Assembly: GCA_011056635.1 (NCBI GenBank)
Contig: DSEO01000261.1
Location: forward strand, 1 to 59,255
Reading direction: 5' to 3'
DNA length: 59,255 nucleotides
Source of the DNA: Bacteroides sp.
Lineage (GTDB): Bacteria > Bacteroidota > Bacteroidia > Bacteroidales > GCA-2748055
Made by a program: the position numbers and the translations under genes. This document shows positions 51,004 through 59,255 of this stretch, one piece after another. The notes under the pieces are model-generated. The model was not told the origin of the DNA and made no database searches. It worked only from the letters and a program-made list of their open reading frames with translations. Each line of letters starts with the position of its first letter. Position 1 is the first letter of the stretch.

Positions 51004-52716
51004 ATGCAGAGACCGCTCCTTGTAATCATGCTTCATTTATTTATCAGCCAGTCAATTAGTCAGGATGCAATCCATTTTCTCCCCCCGCTTGACATTCCCC
51101 TGGTCCTGTCAGGAAATTTTGGGGAGATCCGGGATGATCACTTTCATTCGGGCATTGACATCAAAACCAACGGGGTCATTGGTTATGCGGTGCATTCCAT
51201 TGAAGAAGGTTACGTCTCCAGGATCAAGGTGCAGGCAAACGGTTACGGAAAATCCATCTATGTGAGTCACCCCACCGGACACACCTCCCAGTACGGGCAC
51301 CTGGACCGGTACACGCCTGATATCGCATCCCATGTGAAGCAGATACAGTACGCGCGAAAGTCACACGTGGTGGATATCTACCTGAAGCCGGGTCAGTTCC
51401 CCCTTCAAAAAGGAGCGATCATCGGTTATTCGGGGAACAGCGGAAGTTCTTCCGGACCCCATCTCCATTTGGAGATCCGGACCACGGGCGACCAGCACCC
51501 CACCAATGTGCTGCGGTACGGATTTGACATCACCGACAGGCTCCCTCCCAGGTTTCATCAGCTCTTCCTGTATCCTGTGGGTGACAGCAGCCGCGTCAAC
51601 CGGTCCCCGCAAAAATTCTCTGCGGCCACTGTCCCAGGCGAAGGTGGCTTCACCCTTTCCTCCGGACCGGAAATTGCTGCCTGTGGCACCATCGGATGCG
51701 GGGTGGAGGTATTCGATTACCTGAACGGGGCACCCAACCGATGTGGCGTCTACATGCTCGAGCTCTTTGTGAACGGTTCCAGGGTTTACAAACACGTGAT
51801 GGACGAATTCTCCTTTTCGGAGACACGGTTCATCAATGCGCACATTGATTACGGGGAACGATTCAATAAAGGGACCAAATCACACCGGCTTCACCGCCTT
51901 CCCAATGACAGGCTGCGGATCTACAGGGGACTGGTGTCCGACGGACTGATCCAAATTGAGGAAGGCAGAACCTACGAGATCCGAGTGGTTGCGTCCGACG
52001 TGGCAGGAAACAATGCGGAACTCAAATTCAGGATCAGGGGGGAGCAGAACGGACAAATCTCTGGACATTCCGAGGATGATCATGTCCACCGCATGTCCTA
52101 CCACAAAATCAACCGTTTTTCCGCGGATGGCGTGGAACTGGAAATGCCGGCATATGCACTGTACGATGACCTGGATTTCAGGTATGCGAGCTCACCGCGG
52201 CCGGATGGCCTGCATTCCGAACTGCACCATGTTCACACCCCGGACATACCGGTCCACCTCCCCTACCGGCTGTCAATCAATACAGTCAACGGGCACAGGG
52301 GGCAGGGCGACAGGCTTTGTCTGGTCACATTCGACAAAAACGGGGAGATATCCTATGTTGGAGGGGAATACAAAGACGGGAAAGTGACAGCCCAGGTACG
52401 AAGTTTCGGTACCTTTGCCGTTTCCATGGATACCATCCCTCCCGAGATCATTCCTTACGCCGGGAAAGCCATGGAAGACCCCGGGGGCACGGAATCGCTC
52501 CGCTTCATCATCCGGGATGATCTTTCGGGAATTGACCGCTACGAGGGATATATCGACAACAGGTGGGCCCTGTTTGAATATGACCCGAAAGACGAGCTGC
52601 TGACCTATATTTTTGATAATGAACGGATTGAGCGGGGATCAACCCACGAGCTGGAGCTGTATGTTACGGATGCCAGCGGGAACGTGAACCTTTATCACTC
52701 CACCTTCAAGTGGTAA
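51004..52716 (+). CDS. M23 family metallopeptidase
   Basis: HFHSGID (HxxxD), YGHL, SGPHLHLE (HxH). -7 element TAGCTTTG at 50970-50977. Confidence 0.9.
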   Translation: MQRPLLVIMLHLFISQSISQDAIHFLPPLDIPLVLSGNFGEIRDDHFHSGIDIKTNGVIGYAVHSIEEGYVSRIKVQANGYGKSIYVSHPTGHTSQYGHLDRYTPDIASHVKQIQYARKSHVVDIYLKPGQFPLQKGAIIGYSGNSGSSSGPHLHLEIRTTGDQHPTNVLRYGFDITDRLPPRFHQLFLYPVGDSSRVNRSPQKFSAATVPGEGGFTLSSGPEIAACGTIGCGVEVFDYLNGAPNRCGVYMLELFVNGSRVYKHVMDEFSFSETRFINAHIDYGERFNKGTKSHRLHRLPNDRLRIYRGLVSDGLIQIEEGRTYEIRVVASDVAGNNAELKFRIRGEQNGQISGHSEDDHVHRMSYHKINRFSADGVELEMPAYALYDDLDFRYASSPRPDGLHSELHHVHTPDIPVHLPYRLSINTVNGHRGQGDRLCLVTFDKNGEISYVGGEYKDGKVTAQVRSFGTFAVSMDTIPPEIIPYAGKAMEDPGGTESLRFIIRDDLSGIDRYEGYIDNRWALFEYDPKDELLTYIFDNERIERGSTHELELYVTDASGNVNLYHSTFKW

Positions 52717-53789
52717 GCGACCGCGAAACACAGGCAGAATACAGGGTGACGGGAGTCATGTCAGGATCCTCGCTGGACGGAGTGGACCTGGCGTTCTGCT
52801 GCTTTTCTGCCGGGCGTTCGGGCTGGAGCTACCGTATCCTCCGGGCTGAAACAATCCCATACCCTCCACCGATTCTTGAACAGCTTTCCGGCGCTTCCGG
52901 GTGGGACCGGACTGCACTCAGGAAGATGGATGTGACACTGGGGCATTTCTACGCCGAACAGATCCATTCATTCCACGAAAGGATTCACAGAATCCCCGAT
53001 TTTATTGCATCCCATGGCCACACCCTTATTCACCGGCCGGAAAACGGCATCACTTTCCAGGCTGGCAACGGTGAGATCATGGCCAGGGAAACCGGACTGA
53101 CTGTGGTGAATGATTTCAGGAAAGCGGATGTGGCACAGGGGGGACAGGGCGCTCCGCTGGTGCCGGCGGGTGACAGGCTGCTGTTTGGGGAATATGATGG
53201 ATGCCTGAACCTGGGCGGGTTCGCCAATATTTCCTATGAGGATGACATTGGGAGACGGATCGGTTATGACATATGCCCGGTAAATCTGGCCCTCAACAAG
53301 CTGGCCGGAAGAGCAGGCAAAACATTCGACAAGGATGGGGTCATGGCCCGTCAGGGCAGGGTCGGCAATGCATTGCTTGAAGCCCTGAACCATCTGGATT
53401 ACTACAGGGTCCCGCCTCCCAAATCACTGGGGAAGGAATGGTTCGAAAAGGAATTTGTGCCCGTGCTCGAATCCGCTTCTGACGCACTCCCCGACCTGAT
53501 GGCCACTGTGATCGAGCATATCTGCATCCAAATTTCATTCTGTGTTCGTAATGCCGGGATGGAATCGGTGCTGGTTACCGGAGGGGGTGCTTTGAACCCA
53601 ATGCTGATGGAACGGTTACAGCATCATACGAAAGCAAGGCTCGTGATACCGGACAGGCAACTGGTCGAATTCAAAGAAGCACTGGTCTTTGCTTTTCTCG
53701 GAGTGCTCAGGGTCCGCAACGAGATCAACTGCCTGGCAAGCGTCACGGGCGGACAGGCAGATCTGTCCGCAGGTGAGATCCACCAATGA
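52710..53789 (+). CDS. anmK: Anhydro-N-acetylmuramic acid kinase
   Basis: GVMSGSSLDGVD, SHGHT, DVAQGGQGAPLVP, NLGGFANIS, KEALVFA. Confidence 0.93.
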   Translation: MVSDRETQAEYRVTGVMSGSSLDGVDLAFCCFSAGRSGWSYRILRAETIPYPPPILEQLSGASGWDRTALRKMDVTLGHFYAEQIHSFHERIHRIPDFIASHGHTLIHRPENGITFQAGNGEIMARETGLTVVNDFRKADVAQGGQGAPLVPAGDRLLFGEYDGCLNLGGFANISYEDDIGRRIGYDICPVNLALNKLAGRAGKTFDKDGVMARQGRVGNALLEALNHLDYYRVPPPKSLGKEWFEKEFVPVLESASDALPDLMATVIEHICIQISFCVRNAGMESVLVTGGGALNPMLMERLQHHTKARLVIPDRQLVEFKEALVFAFLGVLRVRNEINCLASVTGGQADLSAGEIHQ

Positions 53790-53939
53790 GAAAAGGGCCC
53801 CTCTGACGATGCACCCGTTTTACAATCCAGGTTATTTTGTGTTAAATTCGGCCCGCTTTTATGTTATGGAATAGGGTTGCTTGGTTGTTTTGCAGAAAAG
53901 TGGAATATTTACCGTCCTTTTAATTAAAATGTGGAATTG

Positions 53940-55628
53940 ATGAGAAAATATATGTTTATCGCCGCCGTCCTGATGGCATGGTGGAATGCAGCGGAAATAC
54001 TGGGATGTACCAATTTCCTGGTTACCCCGGGTGCTTCGGTCAACGGAAGCTCGATGATCACCTATGCAGCCGACTCCCACGTTCTCTTCGGGGAACTCTA
54101 TTTCAGACCTGCCGCGGATTATCCGGCCGGAACCATGATGGATGTGTACGAATGGGATACCAACAGATTCCTGGGGCGAATCCCGCAGGTCTCGCATACT
54201 TATTCGGTGGTGGGCAACATCAACGAACACCAGGTGGCCATCGGAGAAACCACGTACGGAGGTAGAACGGAGTTGGTGGATACCACCGGGATCGTGGATT
54301 ACGGAAGCCTGATGTATATCGCCCTGCAGCGGGCGAGGACGGCTAGGGAAGCCATTCACATCATGGGTGAACTGGTGGCCGAATTCGGTTATGCCAGTTC
54401 CGGCGAGTCATTTTCCATTGCCGATCCCAATGAGGTGTGGATCATGGAGATGATCGGGAAAGGCACAAAAATGGTCAATGAAGGCGGAACACCCTACAAC
54501 CAAAACAAGGGAGCCGTCTGGGTGGCTGTCCGGATCCCGGACGGATATGTATCAGCCCACGCCAACCAGGCCAGGATCAGGCAATTCCCGCTGAATGACC
54601 CGGAAAACTGCCTGTATGCCCCCGACGTGATCTCATTCGCCCGTGAAATGGGATACTACGATGGTCCGGACCAGGAGTTCAGTTTCAGCGACACCTATGC
54701 CCCGGTGGATTTCAGCGGGGCCCGTTTCTGTGAGGTGCGTGTCTGGTCTTTTTTCAAGGAGATCAACGATGATATGGATCAGTACTTCGCGTATGCAAAA
54801 GGCCATGAGCTGGATAACCGCATGCCCCTGTATATCAAACCGAACCGGAAAATTTCCCATGCGGACCTGATGCACTTCATGCGGGACCACCTGGAAGGCA
54901 CCGAACTGGATATGAGCCAGGATGCCGGAGCCGGACCATTCGGACTGCCCTATCGCTGGCGGCCACTCACCTGGGAATATGACGGGAAAACATACTGCAA
55001 CGAGCGCGCCACAGCCACGCAGCAGACCGGTTTCTCCTTTGTGGCAGAATGCCGTCCGGTCAAGCCGGATTACCTGGGCGGTATCCTTTGGTTCGGTGTG
55101 GACGATGCGGCAGCTTCGGTGTATGTGCCCATGTACTGCGGAATGACCCGTGTGCCCGAATCCTATGCCGTGGGGAACGGGGACCTGCTTACCTATTCGG
55201 AAACTTCGGCCTTCTGGGCATTCAACTTTGTGTCCAATTTCAGTTACCTGAGATACAATGTGATGATGGAAGATGTCCGGCAGGTCCAGTCAGAACTGGA
55301 AAAGAAGTTTATCGCGGAAGTTCCCGCCATTGATGCCGCCGCCGCGGTCCTCCATGAAACCGATCCGGCCATGGCCAGGGAGTTCATCACCAATTACTCC
55401 GTCAGTATGGGCGATTATACCGTGCAGCGATACAGGGACCTGGGGCATTTCCTGCTGGTGAAGTACATGGACGGGAACACCAAGAAAGAGGAGAACGGAC
55501 ATTTTTTGAGAACTCCCGAGGGTTATCCCATGATGCCGGATTTTCCCGGATATCCGGAAAGCTGGAAAGAAAATGTGGTCAAAGATACGGGCAAGAAACT
55601 GCGGGTTCCTGAGAGCGGGTCCCACTGA
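53940..55628 (+). CDS. Peptidase C69 family dipeptidase
   Basis: Signal peptide followed by Ntn nucleophile CTNFLVT, NEHQVAIGETT, GESFSIAD, SAHANQARI. Confidence 0.9.
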   Translation: MRKYMFIAAVLMAWWNAAEILGCTNFLVTPGASVNGSSMITYAADSHVLFGELYFRPAADYPAGTMMDVYEWDTNRFLGRIPQVSHTYSVVGNINEHQVAIGETTYGGRTELVDTTGIVDYGSLMYIALQRARTAREAIHIMGELVAEFGYASSGESFSIADPNEVWIMEMIGKGTKMVNEGGTPYNQNKGAVWVAVRIPDGYVSAHANQARIRQFPLNDPENCLYAPDVISFAREMGYYDGPDQEFSFSDTYAPVDFSGARFCEVRVWSFFKEINDDMDQYFAYAKGHELDNRMPLYIKPNRKISHADLMHFMRDHLEGTELDMSQDAGAGPFGLPYRWRPLTWEYDGKTYCNERATATQQTGFSFVAECRPVKPDYLGGILWFGVDDAAASVYVPMYCGMTRVPESYAVGNGDLLTYSETSAFWAFNFVSNFSYLRYNVMMEDVRQVQSELEKKFIAEVPAIDAAAAVLHETDPAMAREFITNYSVSMGDYTVQRYRDLGHFLLVKYMDGNTKKEENGHFLRTPEGYPMMPDFPGYPESWKENVVKDTGKKLRVPESGSH

Positions 55629-55726
55629 CAGGTCGCATTTGCAGACTGTGTACTGGTCCGGAGGGAGCATTGCTTTCCATTGTGAATAATTCTGAATATT
55701 TCTTATTACAAATAGGAAAATATTTG

Positions 55727-55734
55727 TACTTTTG
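55727..55734 (+). promoter_or_regulatory. -7 element (TACTTTTG) for rplS
   Basis: Exact TAnnTTTG 41 nt before the ATG. Confidence 0.65.
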
Positions 55735-55775
55735 CGACCTGTTAATTCCAGGCATAGCAATTAAAGTTTAGAATC

Positions 55776-56123
55776 ATGGATCTGATGAAGGTTGTTGACA
55801 AAGAATATGCTCCGCATGCTGAATTGCCCGATTTTAAGGCAGGAGACACCATTACCGTACATTACAAGATCCGGGAAGGTAACAAAGAACGTATCCAGCA
55901 GTTCAGGGGAGTGGTCCTGCAGCGAAGGGGCACAGGGAACACGGAAACCTTCACCGTCCGGAAAATGTCCGGGAACATCGGTGTGGAAAGGATCTTCCCG
56001 TCCGCATCCCCCTTTATTGAAAAGGTTGAGATCAACAAACACGGACATGTCAGAAGGGCCAGGATCTTCTATTTCAGGGATCTGACCGGTAAAAAAGCCC
56101 GTATCAAGGAAAAGAAATTTTAG
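55776..56123 (+). CDS. rplS: 50S ribosomal protein L19
   Basis: [34 protein letters not shown]. Confidence 0.98.
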   Translation: MDLMKVVDKEYAPHAELPDFKAGDTITVHYKIREGNKERIQQFRGVVLQRRGTGNTETFTVRKMSGNIGVERIFPSASPFIEKVEINKHGHVRRARIFYFRDLTGKKARIKEKKF

Positions 56124-56126
56124 TTC

Positions 56127-59081
56127 CTACAACTTTTCCGCTTCTTTCCTGGCATTCTCCAGGATCTTTTCCGCCCTTTCCTCCGCCTCCCGAATGAGGT
56201 TTTCTGACTGTTTTACCGCCTGGTTCCTCAGCTCTGCGGCTGCTCTTTTGGCCGCTGCCTGCCGGAGGGGATTGCTGCCTGCTTCCTTGATCATCTTTTC
56301 ACCCTGTCGCTCCGCTTCACTTACCAGTTCATCCCCTGCTTTCCGCGCCTCCCCGATGATCCGTTCCGCTTCCCGTTCGGCTTCGCTGATGATCTTGTCC
56401 GCCCTTTCGCCGGCTTCCTCCCGCACATCTTCTTCCACCTCTTCCAGTTTTTCCCGTACTTCTTCCTCCACGGCATTTTTCACAGTTTCTCCCCCTGACC
56501 TGAGATTGGCACTGAGATCGGTGGTGATCTGCGGATCCCCGAATGTGCCCCTGATCCAGGCCTTCACCTTCACCACATCGGATTGGGGGATCTGCAGGCC
56601 CGCTCCTGCAGCCAGTGCACCAATTCCCTGCATCAATTCAGCCGCCCCTTCCCCCAGATCAGATTTTGCAATCTCCATATCCAGCAGGTAATCCATGGTC
56701 AGGTCGATGCCGTGGGACCCGGAAACGGTGATCCTGGAATCATCAAAATCCACGTCGAAAGGTTCGACCATCACCCTGCCGTCCAGCACGGTGAACTGCA
56801 GGTCCACCTCGTCGGGGGCCATGTTCCTGAATTTCTCATTTTTCAGGATCTCGCTCAGCCGGACAAAAGATTTCAGGTTATAGATCTGCAGGTCCTTCGT
56901 AAATAATCTGCCATTCCCGTTGATGGTGGAAAAAAGCGGGGTGAATTTCGCGTCCAGAAGCGATTGGTAACGCATCTTCACATTGGCCGTTCCCCTGCAG
57001 TATTTAGCCACGGGTGCCAGTCTTTCCACAGTAACAAAAGTTTCATAGGCAGCGGGAATGTCCACATCGTTAATATCCAGTACCAAATCCACATCCGGAT
57101 AGGTCCCCCGGGTATCCACCAACCCCGAAGTGCGCACACTTCCGTCAAGAACCTCCAGGTCCAGTCCCTCCAACCTGGCGGTCCCTTCCGTGACCTGCAT
57201 GGCGCCCCGGATGTTTTCCACCACCATATCCTGGTAGTGCACCTTCTTCAGATCAAGGATCAGGTCGAAATCAATATTCTCCGGTATCCTGAATGCAGCC
57301 GGTCCGGCTGCGGATTCTTCCGGTGTTGCGTTGGCAGCCTCATCCGGTTCAGCTTCTGGTGTCTTCTCTGCCGTTGCTTCCCCGGCTACAGGTTTTGCAC
57401 GGGCAGTATCTGCCGCCGTTTCCGGAAGCATCTCGTTCACGTCGAGCAGCGAGGATTTCACATTCAGCGAACCTGATACGACCTGGTCATCAAAGACATA
57501 CGGGATAAAATTGGAAAGTTCCCCGTGCATTTGAAGATCGGATGCCCCCATGTTGAGATCCATGGCCAGCAGGTTCACGACCCGGGGCGTGAATTCCATA
57601 TCCATCCGGGTCAGCTTCACCGGAACGGGGATATCCGGTGTATTGAGCAACACATCCTCCATCACCAGCCTGCCATCCAGGTTCACCTTCTCATACTGTT
57701 CATTCTCAATGTATGACATGCGCGTATCCCACCGCAGATCGGCCTCCAGCCGTCCGCCCAGTTCAATTCCCTCCAGCGGGACCACATCCCGGATGCTGGA
57801 AAAGTCGACCGTGCCCCTGGCCAACCCGTCCACCTGCATGTCGGAGACGGGATGCGCCACATGCAGGATGATGTCAAAGGGGTTCCCTCCCATCACAAGG
57901 TGGAACTTTTTCAGGTCCACGGTGGACAGGTCCATGTCGGCACCCCGGTAGTCCGCATACAGCTCGATCTGCACATCGGACACATCCTTCGGAAGGTCCG
58001 GATAGGAGAAATAACCGTCACTGACCATCAGTGACAGGGTTGCATCGGGAAGGATCGTATCTTTCATGGTCCCTTTGACCTCCCCTTCCAGCTGAAGGTT
58101 GCCGGTTGTTTTCAGGGAACCGAATTCATTGAGGTAGATGGCCGGCACCAGGGATAACAGCGATTCGAAGCTGGTCTCCCGTGTAAAGAAACGCAGATCC
58201 ATTTCCATGGCCCCGTCCCCCTGCAGGGACACCATCCCTTCCGTACCCAGGACCAGCTCATTCAACCGGATCTCATTCTCTTTCAGGGTATAGACGCTGT
58301 TGACCAGGTCCACCGCAGCGGTCAGGTCCATACCGAACACCGCATCCTTCAGGTACCGGATCCCGCCATACTTAGCCTGTATCCCTTCAGCCGCCACTTC
58401 CAGGATCAGATCGGTCTGATCCATGGAAAAATCACCCGAAAGCTCCAGGTCCAGGTCCCGCAGCATCGCTTCCGCCCCTTGCCTGGCATCGCTGTACATG
58501 ATGCGGCCGTCCAGGATGGCCAGCCTGTTCAGCTGTATTTTGATGGGAACTTCTTCGTCCGCTGCTGCGGTCCCGGATTTACCCGCATCATCTTTTTCCG
58601 GCTTATCTGCCGGCTGCACTCCGGGTTCTTCATCGGTCACGCTCCCCGGTTCCTCCGGCTGTGCCACTTCTTCCGGAGTATCATCCGGTTTCCGGGCAAT
58701 GTCCCAGCTGGCCGAACCATCCTCCAGCACCACCGCGTTGATCAGCGGCCGGTCCAGGATGACCGATTTCACCTCCACATCCTTGCGGATGGCGCTGATC
58801 AGGTCCACCCTGATATCAAAGCGATCCATACTTGCAAGCGTATCTCCTGCAAACGGTTCCAGTCCAACCACTGAAAAGCCGCGCAGGTTCACACTCAGGT
58901 CGGGAAATCCCCTGAACAGGGAGATCCCGATCCCCGACCAGTCCACCGTCGCATGTACCTGTTTGTTGATCATGTCCTTCACCTTTGATTCGATCCTGGA
59001 CCGGAACAGCAAAGGCACGGTCACCAGCAGGAGAAGCAGCACACCCAGGGTAATCAGCAGGATACGGAAGACTTTTTTCAT
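56127..59081 (-). CDS. AsmA family (bridge-like lipid transfer) protein
   Basis: N-terminal TM anchor, SLFRGFPDLSV, repeated beta-groove segments, AsmA-like C-terminal region and helical tail. Confidence 0.85.
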   Translation of the reverse strand: MKKVFRILLITLGVLLLLLVTVPLLFRSRIESKVKDMINKQVHATVDWSGIGISLFRGFPDLSVNLRGFSVVGLEPFAGDTLASMDRFDIRVDLISAIRKDVEVKSVILDRPLINAVVLEDGSASWDIARKPDDTPEEVAQPEEPGSVTDEEPGVQPADKPEKDDAGKSGTAAADEEVPIKIQLNRLAILDGRIMYSDARQGAEAMLRDLDLELSGDFSMDQTDLILEVAAEGIQAKYGGIRYLKDAVFGMDLTAAVDLVNSVYTLKENEIRLNELVLGTEGMVSLQGDGAMEMDLRFFTRETSFESLLSLVPAIYLNEFGSLKTTGNLQLEGEVKGTMKDTILPDATLSLMVSDGYFSYPDLPKDVSDVQIELYADYRGADMDLSTVDLKKFHLVMGGNPFDIILHVAHPVSDMQVDGLARGTVDFSSIRDVVPLEGIELGGRLEADLRWDTRMSYIENEQYEKVNLDGRLVMEDVLLNTPDIPVPVKLTRMDMEFTPRVVNLLAMDLNMGASDLQMHGELSNFIPYVFDDQVVSGSLNVKSSLLDVNEMLPETAADTARAKPVAGEATAEKTPEAEPDEAANATPEESAAGPAAFRIPENIDFDLILDLKKVHYQDMVVENIRGAMQVTEGTARLEGLDLEVLDGSVRTSGLVDTRGTYPDVDLVLDINDVDIPAAYETFVTVERLAPVAKYCRGTANVKMRYQSLLDAKFTPLFSTINGNGRLFTKDLQIYNLKSFVRLSEILKNEKFRNMAPDEVDLQFTVLDGRVMVEPFDVDFDDSRITVSGSHGIDLTMDYLLDMEIAKSDLGEGAAELMQGIGALAAGAGLQIPQSDVVKVKAWIRGTFGDPQITTDLSANLRSGGETVKNAVEEEVREKLEEVEEDVREEAGERADKIISEAEREAERIIGEARKAGDELVSEAERQGEKMIKEAGSNPLRQAAAKRAAAELRNQAVKQSENLIREAEERAEKILENARKEAEKL

Positions 59082-59124
59082 GGCTTGCGGTTTTGGTCAA
59101 AATTACGAAATCTGTACGAAGAGT

Positions 59125-59154
59125 TTTGGAATTGGGCTGTTTTACGTAAATTTG
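59125..59154 (+). promoter_or_regulatory. Sigma-A promoter TTTG-N18-TAAATTTG for tRNA
   Basis: Consensus -7 element with a TTTG upstream. Confidence 0.55.
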
Positions 59155-59180
59155 CCTTCGCTTTTCAGTATTGAATAGCC

Positions 59181-59254
59181 GGACTAGTAGCTCAACTGGA
59201 TAGAGCACCTGACTACGGATCAGGAGGTTGCGGGTTCGACTCCTGCCTAGTTCA
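59181..59254 (+). tRNA. tRNA-Arg (anticodon ACG)
   Basis: Cloverleaf: acceptor GGACTAG/CTAGTTC, D arm GCTC/GAGC, anticodon arm CCTGA-CTACGGA-TCAGG, T loop TTCGACT. Confidence 0.97.
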
Positions 59255-59255
59255 C

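Overview
A gene-dense core-chromosome segment of a Bacteroidota (probably Bacteroidales) genome. The assignment rests on TAnnTTTG -7 promoter elements, a T9SS C-terminal domain, and the lptD-amidase-mlaD-dnaA and zapA-6S-rny gene orders. Most genes are housekeeping: ffh, folD, argS, ligA, dapA, secA, icd, dnaX, rpsF-rpsR-rplI, dnaA, pyrBI, rny, anmK, rplS and tRNA-Arg(ACG). The left 9 kb is more accessory (GH97, NhaA, photolyase, an orphan basic protein, an FG-GAP propeller, a sialate O-acetylesterase). I saw no CRISPR array, transposase, integrase, prophage or recognisable defence system. The most interesting signals are: (1) two minus-strand candidate sRNAs (about 8725-8838 and 16025-16150) sharing an ECF-sigma-like promoter GCAAC-N17-CRTY, a 5' UGAAGA and an intrinsic terminator, one with a seed antisense to a generic A-rich ATGAAAA initiation region; (2) an A10 slippage run in dnaX with stops in both alternative frames; (3) an orphan protein with a Rok-like coiled-coil, basic linker and winged-helix layout; (4) a boxA-like element directly upstream of the 6S RNA. 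All functional calls come from motifs recognised by eye; no database searches were run.
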